Assembly (NCBI RefSeq): GCF_006345805.1
Contig: NC_043023.1
Coordinates: 10,230,001 to 10,294,000 of the forward strand
Origin: Octopus sinensis
Taxonomy: Eukaryota
Length of the DNA stretch: 64,000 bases
Direction of reading: 5' to 3'
Shown here in pieces: positions 27,752 through 40,648 of this stretch (position 1 is the stretch's first letter; each line of letters begins with the position of its first letter). A model generated the notes under the pieces. The model saw nothing but the letters and a program-made list of their open reading frames with translations. It did not search any database and was not told where the DNA came from. The position numbers and the translations under genes were made by a program.

Positions 27752-28248
27752 GGAGCTTTTCGGTTTGAACGGCAGTTTTTTCTAACGGTGTCATATGAAA
27801 TTGTCACCCATAATTATGACCCTAGTATCGATCTAGGATCTTTTTGGTTTGAATAATAATTTTCTAGGTAACTAAACACTTTTAAACTTCGTATACTGGT
27901 AGAATGTTTTTATAAAACATCTTTTTCTCTTGGCTTTATTGAGAAAATTCTATGGTTTGTAAGATATTTGTTGGGTTTTTTTCTTCAATTTCTGCAATTT
28001 CAACCAATCACTGACGTCTATTGAGGTAAAAAAAAACATTCTGTGCCGTATGAATATGTCCCTCGTTTAAGAAACAAACTGGATTTATTTACATTTCTGA
28101 AGAAAAAAAAATACCCTTCCCCCCACCCCTAACTAACTCTAACCCTAAAACAGATTGAAATGCAATAGATCGATACTGGGGTCATAATTATGGGTGAAAA
28201 TTTCATGACACCGCTAGAAAAAAACTGCCGGTCAAACCGAAAAGATCC
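27752..28248. mobile_element. MITE with ~85-bp TIRs (GG...CC ends)
   Basis: ggagcttttcggtttgaacggcagtt...atcgatcta is mirrored by tagatcgat...aactgccggtcaaaccgaaaagatcc; no clear TSD. Confidence 0.8.
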
Positions 28249-28999
28249 ACGCTTTCTTCACTCTCACTCTTTCTTTGCACCCATTTTCTGTCTTTCTCTC
28301 TCTCTCTCCATCTTTGCACATACACATGTACACACACACGTTTAGGGTAGAATTGTATTTCGCAGAACCATAGACATATAGATATATCTATATTTCATGT
28401 CTTATACACACTCATGTCTACGCATAGATGCACGTATCTATATAGTTTGTCTCTATAAGAAACAATATCAAACAGAGTTCTCCCGTGAAATGACCTAAAA
28501 ATGAAAGACAAAATGATTTGAAAATTTAGATAAATCAAAGAGAAAATTCTTACACAATAATGATCTTAAAATATAATGTATTATCTCACTCAAAAATATC
28601 CATAATTCCATTCATACAAATTACTTTCGATATTATAATTACTTTATAGATATAAAACAAAACAAATTATTGACATTTTGTTAATGAGAAATAAATTTTT
28701 CAATCATTTGTCAAAAATATATTTTTCTTGTCAAACTTCTCATTATTTCAAAAAGTTAATCTTAAAAACGAAACAAGAAAAAAACTTGGCAAACAAACAC
28801 AAGAAATAACTTGAGGTGGTTTTGTTGAATTTTTTTCAGTGAAAAATAAAATAGTTTTATTTTAAAAGTGGACATTAGATGGAAAATTGCGTAAAGAATG
28901 ACAGAAATACACAAGAATACAAGAACAGATTAAATGGTCGTCTGTCTCTGTGGAAGGGTGTCGTCTGCTGGGAAGGGAAAAGGCGGGAAATGGTGGGTT

Positions 29000-29648
29000 G
29001 TTTGATGTAAAGGGAGGGAGAGAGGGAGAGAGATAGAGAGGAAGAGGGAGGAGAGAAGAAAGGGTTGGAGTGATAAGGAGGGAAAAGAGAAATATGAAAG
29101 GTGTAGAGATGAAAAGAGTAAAAGGAAGAGAGAGGGGGAACAAAAGGAAGAATAGAGGGACCTAATGATAAAGACAGAGAGAGAGAAAGAGGGAATGAGA
29201 GAGAAAGAGAGTGATAACGAAGAGAAATAGATAGACATAGAGAGAGAGAGATGAAGAGAGTTATACATTTGGTAAAGGAAGAGGGGGGGTAGAGACGCAC
29301 AAGACAGAGAAAGAGAGAGAGAGGAGAGGGAAGAGAAAGCGTAATAAAGGAGAACGAACGTAATAAATGACAGAGAGATATGTTGAGAGAGAGGAAGAGA
29401 AATTGTGAGAGAGAAAGGGGCAGGAGTGATAGAGTTATGAAGGGAACAGAGAAAGAGAGGCAGCTACAAAGAAGAGAGAGGGAGGAGAGAAAGGAATATA
29501 GAAAAGAGAGGGAAATATAGAGAGGGTGAGAGAAGGGCAAATGGAAAAAGAGGAATAATGCAAAACGTAAACCAAAGGGAAAGAGAATACATACACACAT
29601 ATATACATACATAAATACAAACAAACATACATACATGCATACATACAT

Positions 29649-29699
<51 letters not shown>

Positions 29700-29925
29700 C
29701 GTACATATATACATACGTACATACATACAAACATACATATATATATACATATATACATACGTACATACATACAAACATACATATATATATACATATATAC
29801 ATACGTACATACATACATACATACATACACACATATATATATACATACGTACATATATACATACGTACATACATACATACATACATACAAACATACATAC
29901 ATACATACGTATGTATATATATATA
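29000..29925. repeat. GA-rich low-complexity tract followed by (CATA)n microsatellite
   Basis: Direct inspection. Confidence 0.9.
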
Positions 29926-30310
29926 TCTTTAAACTGGTTGATGTCGTGAAGGTACGGGAGGGGAGATCGATGGGAATAAAAAACTATGGATCAAGAATTT
30001 CCCATTTAGAAAATGCCTCTCTCTGTCCCATCAGTTTGAAGTGACTGAAGCTAAAAGTAAATATGTGAAAAATCCCGGCACTAATGGAGAAAACCCAACT
30101 AATACGGAACAGCTATTCCGAAAGTCTGTCTGTCTCTCTCTCTCTCTCTATGTTTGTTTACATATAAATACCTATGCATACATAGAATTGAAAAATAGGA
30201 TAAAATCTTTATAAGAATTTATCAAGTAGTTAGCGTGAAAAACCTCATAAGGGAAAAATCCATCAATTATGCCTCTCAAATATATTGATCTTTATTTGTA
30301 TTAAGGGCAT

Positions 30311-30544
30311 TACTATACATAAATGCCCCACGCTAGGAGGACTCCTAAAGTCAAAAATTATGGTAGTTTTGACTTAAAGAGTCCCTCCTAGTGCGAGGCA
30401 TTTATGTATATAAATGTTTTATGTAATATATATAAATATATTCCATAAAACATTTATATACATAAATGCCTCACGCTAGGAGGGACTCCTAAAGTCAAAA
30501 ATTATAATAGTTTTGACTTTAAGAGTCCCTCCTAGTGCGAGGCA
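30311..30544. repeat. Double-hairpin MITE-like element
   Basis: Two tandem cgctaggagg(g)actcctaaagtcaaaa...ttttgact(t)taagagtccctcctagtgcg hairpins; a half copy lies at ~27212-27275. Confidence 0.75.
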
Positions 30545-32963
30545 GGTACTTGTCAACTGTAGTGGTCCCGGTTTCGCACACGCGAATTTCGCGCCAGACG
30601 TAGGTACTCGATACTCGAGATCCTACGAGGTGACTTGCGCAGTGCTCGATTCGCGCATGCGCGTTAACCCCCCCCCCCCTCACCCAAAAAAAATACGGAT
30701 ATCTTTTAGATACCTTTCTGCTTTTTAAGACAAAAAGGTGTTGGATTTCACTAAAAATATATGTGTGTGTGTGTGTGTGTGTGTATATATAACATTTTCA
30801 ATTTTACACAAAAAAATTACATAGTCGCTTTCCTCGCGGATTTACAGATAAATGAATTAATTACTATTTTACAGAATAAAATTAATGAATTAATTATAAT
30901 GATTATAATATTTTTTGAACTAAGTAAATAATTTATAAAACTTAAATAATAATTTTTTTTTACAGAAACGTGAACATATATAACGCGCAAAACTATTCTG
31001 TAGAATTTATCAAATTAAAAAACGCGAAATTAATATATTTTTTGAAATTGCAAATTATTTAGAATATAAAAATCTGGCTGCGTGACAACATAGCGATTCC
31101 TTCGCGGATTTACAGATAAATGAATTAATTACTATTTTACAGAATAAAATTAATGAATTAATTATATAAATTAAATAATTCTTGAAAATTCTTGAAAATA
31201 ACGCGCAAAATTACTCCGTAGAATTTATCAAATTAAAAAACGCAAAATTAATATATTTTTTGAAATTGCAAATTATTTAGAATATAAAAATATACAAAAA
31301 TAAAACAAATGAAGTTAAGTTTTAAAATAAATGTGATACCTATGCTCTGTAAGTTGCTTCTTTTGTCCAATTAATATAATATATCAATTCACACTTCAAT
31401 TTACTATTTTCTAGAAATGTTCCTTTTCTAATTGAATCCATTTTTCTACATAACTCCATCCGACAGATTTTTTTTAGCTACTCCCTCATGCTAGAATTTT
31501 TTCTCACGTGATGATATCAAAGTGAAAAACTTTGAATTATGCACGCTTTCAGTGGTCATTAGTGAACAAATTAGTGAACATTAGTGAACACCACTGAAAG
31601 CACGCGTAATTCAAAGTCTTTCACTTTAATATCATCACGTGAGAAAAAATTTCTAGCATGAGGGAGTAGCTAAAAAAAATCTGTCAGATGGAGTTATGTA
31701 GAAAAATGGATTCAATTAGAAAAGGAACATTTCTAGAAAATAGTAAATTGAAGTGTGAATTGATATATTATATTAATTGGACAAAAGAAGCAACTTACAG
31801 AGCATAGGTATCACATTTATTTTTAAACTTAACTTCATTTGTTTTATTTTTGTATATTTTTATATTCTAAATAATTTGCAATTTCAAAAAATATATTAAT
31901 TTTGCGTTTTTTAATTTGATAAATTCTACGGAATAATTTTGCGCGTTTTTTGATAAATTCTACAGAAAGAATTTAGTGCGAAAAATTTATACATTTATAC
32001 ACAAAGACCTGTTGAGGCAAGCGAAGTTGATATCGAACCTCATCCGACGACAGGCACCCATGCCAACCCCCTTTGCTTGCGAAGACATGTTGGGGCAAGT
32101 GTGGCACCCGGCAGATGCCAGGACCCCTGGACTGGTGGTACGTAAAAAGCACTATCCGAATCGTGGCCGATGCCAGAGCCGCCTCGACTGGCACCAATCC
32201 GACCGTGGCCGTTGCCAGCCTCGCCTGGCACCTGTGCGGGTGGCATGTAAAAAGCACCCACTACACTCTCGGAGTGGTTGGCGTTAGGAAGGGCATCCAG
32301 CTGTAGAAACATTGCCAGATAAGACTGGAGTCTGGTGCAGCCTTCTGGCTTCCCAGATCCCTGGTCGAACCGTCCAGCCCATGCTGGCATGGAGAACGGA
32401 CGTTAAACGATGATGATGATGAGAAGAAATTAATTCATTAAGTTTACCAAATTATATACGTCTGTAAAAAAAAAAAAGTTTCACAAATTATATACGTTCG
32501 CGTTTGTGTAAAAAAAATTATTATTTAAGTTTTGTAAATTATTTACTTTGTTCAAAAAATATTATTAATATTAATTAATTTTCAAGAATTATTTAATTTA
32601 TATAATTAATTCATTAATTTTATTCTGTAAAATAGTAATTAATTCATTTATCTGTAAATCCGCGAGGAAAGCGACTGTAATTTTTTTGTGTAAAATTGAA
32701 AATGTTATATATACACACACACACATATATTTTTAGTGAAATCCAACACCTTTTTGTCTTAAAAAGCAGAAAGGTATCTAAAAAAAATCCGTATTTTTGG
32801 GGGGGTTAACGTGCATGCGCGAACCGCGCACTGTGCATGCGCGAATCGTGCACTGCGCATGCGCAAGTCACCTCGTAGGATCTTGAGTATCGATTACCTA
32901 CGTCTGGCGCGCGCGCACGAATTCGCGTGTGCGAAACCGGGACCACTACAGTTGACAAGTACC
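30545..32963. mobile_element. ~2.4-kb foldback element: almost entirely palindromic, no ORF
   Basis: GGTACTTGTCAACTGTAGTGGTCCCGG... at 30545 is mirrored at 32963; outer arms ~450 bp; inner arms 31200-31556 / 31590-31947; RTE-UTR insertion at ~31980-32420. Confidence 0.9.
31980..32422 (+). mobile_element. RTE 3'-UTR-only insertion inside the foldback element
   Basis: Matches the 24119-24580 UTR in reverse orientation and ends aaacgatgatgatgatg. Confidence 0.8.
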
Positions 32964-33238
32964 ACCTGGCCACTGGTGGTGGTGTAACACACCATACTAA
33001 TCATATCTGTCGGGCATGTGGAAGAGAGTGTAATTCGGCAGGAGGACTTAAACGACATGCAAAGGTACATGAAGTCCAGGTACAACTACACCCGGCTTTT
33101 TACCGGTAAAGGTTTTAGTTGCCAATTCTGTACAAGACATTGTAGATCTTTGGCTGGGCTAAAAAGTCACATTCGATCACAGCATCAATAACAGTTAAGC
33201 TTCGTGCAATGGCTATACTTGATAACGAGGGGGCAGCC

Positions 33239-33242
<4 letters not shown>
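32964..33242 (+). mobile_element. 3' end of a LINE with C-terminal zinc-finger remnants (second copy 44573-44860, minus)
   Basis: CRACGRECNSAGGLKRHAKVH and CQFCTRHCRSLAGLKSHIRSQH; 3' UTR gtgcaatgg...gataacgagggggcagccat is shared with 44573-44650 reversed. Confidence 0.65.
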
Positions 33243-33316
<74 letters not shown>

Positions 33317-33451
33317 TGGTTTGGCAAAAGAGGCCAATAGAATAAGTACTGGGCTTACAAAAGAATAAGTCCCAGGGTCGAGTTGCTCGATTAAAAGGCG
33401 GTGCTCTAGCATGGCCACAGTCAAATGACTGAAACAAGTAAAAGAATAAAA

Positions 33452-33490
<39 letters not shown>

Positions 33491-34089
33491 CACACACATA
33501 TATACATGTCTATCATACACTCATAGTAAACATCTGTTCCTTTTGCATGTATTACGCACAAAAAGACAAATATATCTGTATTTCATACATACTTATACAC
33601 ACTTATATACATATAGATGCAGGTATCTATATACAGTGTGTCTTTACAAGAAACAATGCCAAAATAGATTTCTCCCATGAAATGACATGAAAATTGAAGG
33701 TAACATATCAAAATTTTTTTTTAAATATATTATTGATATTTTTTTTAATGAGAAATAAATTTTTCAATCAAAAATACATTTTACTTTTTTCAATTTCCAT
33801 TATTTTAACAAGTTAATCTTAAAATGAAACAAGAGATGGAAAACTTTCTCAAACAAATTCAAAATGTCAAACAAACACAAGAAATAACTTAATGTGGTTT
33901 TGTTGAATTTTTTTCAGTGAAAAATAAAATAGTTTTTACCTTTAAAGTGGACATTAGATGGAAAATTGCGTAAAGAATGACAGAAATACACAAGAATACA
34001 AGAACAGATTAAATGGTCGTCTGTCTCTGTGGAAGGGTGTTGTCTACTGGGAAAGGAAAAGGCGGGAAAATGTCGTTGGGTTCATGTAA

Positions 34090-34790
34090 GACAGTGAGAG
34101 GGTAGGAGAAGAAATAGAGAGGATGAGAAGAAATAGAGAGGATGAGAAGAAATAGGGAGGAAGAGAAGATATAGAGAGGAAATAGAGGAGGAGAAGATAT
34201 AGAGAGGATGAGAGGAAATAGAGAGGATGAGAAGAAATAGAGGAGAAATAGAGGGGAAGAGGAGAAATAGAGAGGATGAGAGGAAATAGAGAGGATGAGA
34301 AGAAATAGAGGGGAAGAGAAGAAATAGAGAGGATGAGAGGAAATAGAGAGGATGAGAAGAAATAGAGGGGAAGAGAAGAAATAGAGAGGATGAGAGGAAA
34401 TATAGAGGATGAGAAGAAATAGAGGGGAAGAGAAGAAATAGAGGGGAATAGGAGAAATAGAGGGGAAAAGAAGAAATAGAGGGGAAGAGGAGAAATAGAG
34501 AGGATGAGAAGAAATAGACGGGATGAGAAGAAATAGAGAGGATGAGAGGAAATAGAGAGGATGAGAAGAAATAGAGAGGATGAGAAGAAATAGAGGGGAA
34601 GAGAAGAAATAGAGAGGATGAGAGGAAATAGAGAGGATGAGAAGAAATAGACGGGATGAGAAGAAATAGAGGGGAAGAGGAGAAATAGAGGGGAAAAGAA
34701 GAAATAGAGGGGAAGAGGAGAAATAGAGAGGATGAGAAGAAATAGACGGGATGAGAAGAAATAGAGAGGATGAGAGAGAGAACAGAAGAA
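34090..34790. repeat. GA-rich minisatellite (~21-22-bp units, gagaagaaatagagaggat)
   Basis: Direct inspection; produces the L/S/F/P pseudo-ORF 34044-34895. Confidence 0.9.
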
Positions 34791-35862
34791 AGGGTCGGAG
34801 TGATATTGACGGTTCAGAATGTGTAGATTATGATTATATTGGAATTTAATATGAAAATATAAATTTGGTGGGCTTATACACATACATACTGACACCCTTC
34901 ACATATATCTAGATTAAACTTCAAATTTTGAAAAAAAAAAAAAAGAAAAAAATCATGTCTGTGCCAAACAGTTTTGTTTTTCATGTTAAATTCCAATATT
35001 ATCGTAATTTACACATTTACACACTCTGAGAAATATTTGTAGAAAATTTCATTGAAAAATACCCGTTTTCCTGAAAGTTACGAAGGAACAAAACTAACTT
35101 GTGTGAATTTTCCTAAATTTCTCTTTCCAATCACGGAAAAACTTTTTTTCGCAACACATTCCGATATAATCAGAATCTAGGTACTACTAGCGATTTGATA
35201 TTTAGTTTCACCACACATTAGGGTAAATTTTCACACTAATATATATAATACCTGTTGGCATTCTTACCTGTTCTGACTGCGGGAAATCTCAAAAGGGACC
35301 ACAAGGATCTCGGAATACAATGTCGAAAAACTCTGTCCATTCCCCGGGTTTTTCCAATTTCTATGTAACACGAAATTTCTTTCATATTTTCTTCATTTTG
35401 TAGGGAAAAAAAAAACACTTTGGAAATTTCCAACCCTTTCAGTTGTATATATATATATATAAAATATAAATAAAGTGAACCCTTTATTTTCACTTTTTGC
35501 CACACAGTATATATAATACCTGTTTCTTTTTTTTTTTACCGCGGGAAATTTCTCTGAAATTTTATCGCCAAGAAACAAATCCGACCAGTTTGGGATTTTT
35601 GTGGAAACTCATCCCAACCCCTACGAATAGCTTTTTCCAAAAATAGAAATAATAATGCGATATAATCGGATTCTATGAATCGATTATGAAAAAAATAAAA
35701 ATTTACAAATAGAAAAAAATGTGCGAAAAAGAGTTTGTGTGAGGTTTGGCTGCTATTTCTAGCACGTGAATAGACTGCTTATTTAAGGTAGGGGTGCGCC
35801 CAGTTTTGATTTCGAAGTATTTAAAAAGCTTATTTGGAAATCAAAGAGAAAGGAAGGACGCA

Positions 35863-36685
35863 GGCAATGTTTCGTTTGTAGTAGCACACGTTTCCGTCGA
35901 TTTCCTCCGTCGATTTCCGTAAAAAATGTAAACACTGAATCGGCCATACATACATACATACATACATACATACACACATACATACACACACACATACATA
36001 CACACACACACATACATAGATACATACACACACACACATACATGCAGACATACATATACACATACACCGAGTAAAAAATTACACTGAATCGGCCATACAT
36101 ACACACACACATACATACACACACACATACATACACACACACACATACATAGATACATACATATACACATACACCGAGTAAAAAATTACACTGAATCGGC
36201 CATACATACATACACAGATACATACACACACACATACATACATATACACATACACCGACTAAAAAATTACACTGAATCGGCCATACATACATACATACAC
36301 ACACACATACATAGATACATACACACATACATACACACACACATACATAGATACATACACACACACACATACATATACACATACACCGAGTAAAAAATTT
36401 CAGTTATCTCTCTCTTTCACACATTACTCTCTCTGTCTCTTCACACACACTAACAGAAGCACTTCACTTACACAACATACTGTCTGTCTCCCACACCCCA
36501 TCAAACACACACACGGGGACTACAAAAAGAAATTCCCTCGTCATAAAATCGCTTCCTCTTAGTCTCTTTCGCTCTCATTACTTCAAATATTCCCGCAAAG
36601 CCATATGTAAAAAAATAAAAGTCTTTTACGGAAATCGACAGAGGAAATCGACGGAAACGTGTGCTACTACAAACGAAACATTGCC
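35863..36685. mobile_element. Non-autonomous DNA transposon, Merlin-like (GG termini, 8-bp TSD)
   Basis: ~62-bp TIR GGCAATGTTTCG.../...CGAAACATTGCC with about one mismatch; TSD AGGACGCA at 35855-35862 and 36686-36693. Confidence 0.8.
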
Positions 36686-36769
36686 AGGACGCATTTTAAA
36701 ACCGAAAATTAAAAAAATAAAATTTCCAAAAACCTCCGCTCCACCCGTGTCGCCCACCCAAGACGAGGA

Positions 36770-37720
36770 GAGAGAAAAATACAGTGTGAGAGGGAGAGAG
36801 GGTGAGAGAGAATAAGGAGAATGGGAGAGAGAGATGGTGAGAGAGAATAAGAGGGAGAATGGGTGAGAGAGATGGTGAGAGAGAATAAGTGGGAGAATGG
36901 GAGAGAGGAAAATATATATAGAGAGAGAAACAGGGTAAAAGAATTACAGGGAGAATGAGAGAGAGGAAAATGCAGAGAGAGAGAGAGACAGGCTGAGAGA
37001 ATAAGAGGGAAAATTGGAGAGGGGGAAAGACAGACAGAAAAATACAGTGTGAGGAGGAAAAGGGTGAGAGAGAGAACATGAGAATAGAAAAGAGAGAGGG
37101 AGGAAATACAGAGAGTGAGAAAATAAGAGGGAGAAGGGGAAATACAGACAGAAAAATACAGTGTGAGTAGGAGAAAGGGTGAGAGAGCATAAGGAAAATA
37201 AGAGAGAGAGGGAGGGGGGAATACACAGTGAGAGAGGGTCAGAGAATAAAAAGGGAAATGGGAGAGAGAAGAGAGAGAGATACAGACATAGAGAGAGAGG
37301 TGGGGGATGTATTTAATAAAGGACGCGGGTCAGTTGACGCATGCGCTTTGGTGACTGAAGTGTCGTCTGCTGATTGAAAAGTGAGAAATGTGTTGGATGG
37401 GGTTGAGAGAATAAGAGGGAGAATGAGAGAGAGGGAAATGCAGAGGGAGAATGAGAGAGAGGGAAATGCAGAGGGAGAGAGGGTAAGAGAATAAGAGGGA
37501 GAATGAGAGAGAGGGAGATGCAGAGGGAGAATGAGAGAGAGGGAAATGCAGAGGGAGAATGAGAGAGAGGGAAATGCAGAGGGAGAGAGGGTAAGAGAAT
37601 AAGAGGGAGAATGAGAGAGAGGGAAATGCAGAGGGAGAGAGGGTAAGAGAATAAAAGGGGAAATGGGAGAGAGAAGAGAGAGAGACAGACATAGAGAGAG
37701 AGGTGGGGGATGTATTTAGT
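36770..37720. repeat. GA-rich minisatellite with two embedded related unique segments (~37330, ~37730)
   Basis: Direct inspection; segment gttgacgcatgcgcttt...gaagtgtcgtctgctg occurs twice. Confidence 0.8.
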
Positions 37721-38164
37721 GAAGGAGTTGGGTGAGTTGACGCATGCGCTTTAGTGAATGAAGTGTCGTCTGCTGCTTGCAAAGTGAGAAAGGTGTTGGA
37801 TGGGGTTGAGAGTATTTTGGAGATGAAAGGGGAAAGAAGGGTGGAGAAGAAATGCCTGTGGCAAAGTGTGTTTCGTGAAAGGCAAGCCTATAGCAAGTAT
37901 GTTGCCAGTGAAAGGAGAATGTTTAAAGGGCTGAGTGTGAAAAAGGGGAATATAAAAAGGGCTGAGTGTGAGTCTGGGGTTTGTGGGGTCGACCATCCTC
38001 ATCCGCCTCCTCCTCATCCTCATCCCATTCATTTCTCCTCTAAATCACTCATTCTCATTTAATTGTATATATTTTCATTGTTTGTTTCTTCACAGGTTTC
38101 CTCTCCTTCGTCCATCCCCTCAGCTCCCCCCCTCCAATGTTTCTTTTCTCTGCCCTCCTATCGT

Positions 38165-38835
38165 TCCCTGCTAAAATTGCCAAGAAGGCCGACGGTGTCT
38201 TGGCATCACTCACCAAGTCCTTTGTCAGCCGCTCTCCGGCCATCTACCTGCGGCCTCACCTGCAATTTGCATCACCCGTCTGCAACCCCTATCTTGCCCA
38301 CCATATTAATCGTCTGCAAGCAAGCCCTGCAACCAAGAGAATAGCCTCCATCAGGCATTTGCCATATTCTCTAACGCCTTACTTCTTCCCTGGCCATCGA
38401 CACATTCAAACTCCGACGTCTGGCAGCTGACTTGGCAGACACCCAGACAATTATTAACCCTCTTACAAACAATAACTCTGACCACCTTTTCAAACTCCAC
38501 CCGTCTCACACCCGTCCACATGTTTACAAAGTCAGAAAACAGCAGCGCTCCTTCCATGGCTTTCCCAAACATTTTTCCAAGCTGAGACTTGCTGAAGCAT
38601 GGAACAAACTGCCGGCATCAGTTGTTGGTTGTCGGATCACTGCATCCTTGAAAACTTCCATGCTTCCTGAGATTCTCCAACACCACACCTGAGCTTTCTC
38701 CCCTCCATACACACAAGCAAGCATCTATCTGACTCATACACTGTTCACTCCCCAGACAGATGCTTTATACGCAGTTTTTGACAAGTTGTGGGGCACCTGA
38801 GCACTGTATACAATAACTTCATTATTATTATTATT
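38165..38835 (+). mobile_element. 5'-truncated, decayed copy of the CR1 family seen at 46729-50861
   Basis: KIAKKADGVLASLTKSFVSRSPAIYL and AEAWNKLPASVVGC align with the ORF2 C-terminus of the full copy. Confidence 0.9.
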
Positions 38836-40284
38836 CGCCAACACCACACCTGAGCTTTCTCCCCTCCATACACACAAGCAAGCATCTATCTGACTCATAC
38901 ACTGTTCACTCCCCAGACAGATGCTTTATACGCAGTTTTTCACAAGTTGTGGGGCACCTGAGCACTGTATACAGTAATTTCATTATTATTATTATTCGCC
39001 AACACCACACCTGAGCTTTCTCCCCTCCATACACACAAGCAAGCATCTATCTGACTCATACACTGTTCACTCCCCAGACAGATGCTTTATACGCAGTTTT
39101 TCACAAGTTGTGAGGCACCTGAGCACTGTATACAATAATTTCATTATTATTATTATTCGCCAACACCACACCTGAGCTTTCTCCCCTCCATACACACAAG
39201 CAAGCATCTATCTGACTCATACACTGTTCACTCCCCAGACAGATGCTTTATACGCAGTTTTTCACAAGTTGTGGGGCACCTGAGCACTGTATACAGTAAT
39301 TTCATTATTATTATTATTCGCCAACACCACACCTGAGCTTTCTCCCCTCCATACACACAAGCAAGCATCTATCTGACTCATACACTGTTCACTCCCCAGA
39401 CAGATGCTTTATACGCAGTTTTTCACAAGTTGTGAGGCACCTGAGCACTGTATACAATAATTTCATTATTATTATTATTCGCCAACACCACACCTGAGCT
39501 TTCTCCCCTCCATACACACAAGCAAGCATCTATCTGACTCATACACTGTTCACTCCCCAGACAGATGCTTTATACGCAGTTTTTCACAAGTTGTGAGGCA
39601 CCTGAGCACTGTATACAATAATTTCATTATTATTATTATTCGCCAACACCACACCTGAGCTTTCTCCCCTCCATACACACAAGCAAGCATCTATCTGACT
39701 CATACACTGTTCACTCCCCAGACAGATGCTTTATACGCAGTTTTTCACAAGTTGTGAGGCACCTGAGCACTGTATACAATAATTTCATTATTATTATTAT
39801 TCGCCAACACCACACCTGAGCTTTCTCCCCTCCATACACACAAGCAAGCATCTATCTGACTCATACACTGTTCACTCCCCAGACAGATGCTTTATACGCA
39901 GTTTTTCACAAGTTGTGAGGCACCTGAGCACTGTATACAATAATTTCATTATTATTATTATTCGCCAACACCACACCTGAGCTTTCTCCCCTCCATACAC
40001 ACAAGCAAGCATCTATCTGACTCATACACTGTTCACTCCCCAGACAGATGCTTTATACGCAGTTTTTCACAAGTTGTGGGGCACCTGAGCACTGTATACA
40101 GTAATTTCATTATTATTATTATTCGCCAACACCACACCTGAGCTTTCTCCCCTCCATACACACAAGCAAGCATCTATCTGACTCATACACTGTTCACTCC
40201 CCAGACAGATGCTTTATACGCAGTTTTTCACAAGTTGTGGGGCACCTGAGCACTGTATACAGTAATTTCATTATTATTATTATC
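38675..40284 (+). repeat. Tandem array: 10 x 161-bp copies of the CR1 3' end (ORF2 stop, 3' UTR, stem-loop, (ATT)n tail)
   Basis: Unit starts at 38675, 38836, 38997, 39158, 39319, 39480, 39641, 39802, 39963, 40124. Confidence 0.97.
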
Positions 40285-40648
40285 TCTCTCTATATAAACG
40301 GCAGTTTGTCTGTGCGTGTTTCTGTGTGTCTGTTTGCTTGTACCTTCACCCTGACCACGGCTTTCAACCGATTCTGATGAAACTTGACACACACATAGCC
40401 CAATGTCATAATTCAAAACTAACGCAGCGAAAATTTTGAAAAGTTCCCCCAGTTCTGAAAAAAATCGATAAATTCGACATGGGGTCCAGAATCAGAAACA
40501 CAAACTGTCTAGGGGACGCAACTCCACCTTTTTTAACTAAAAAAAAAAATTTACCATAATTTTTTCCCATTTTTTTGCTATAACTCTCTAAAAATGCTTT
40601 ATAGTTATTTCCCTTACAAACCTGAGCAACGCCGGGCGATACTGCTAG
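40283..40648 (+). mobile_element. Non-autonomous Helitron-like element
   Basis: A|TC 5' end; 3' GC-rich hairpin-like gagcaacgccgggcgatactg then CTAG|T; no TSD. Confidence 0.7.

Noticed and set aside
35930-36400. CRISPR-like repeat-spacer appearance (also 8321-9809 and 38675-40284)
   Set aside because: Eukaryotic context, spacers are microsatellite or identical, no cas genes; explained by transposon-derived repeats.
37720-38000. Possible second LINE C-terminal fragment on the minus strand
   Set aside because: No diagnostic motif I can name.
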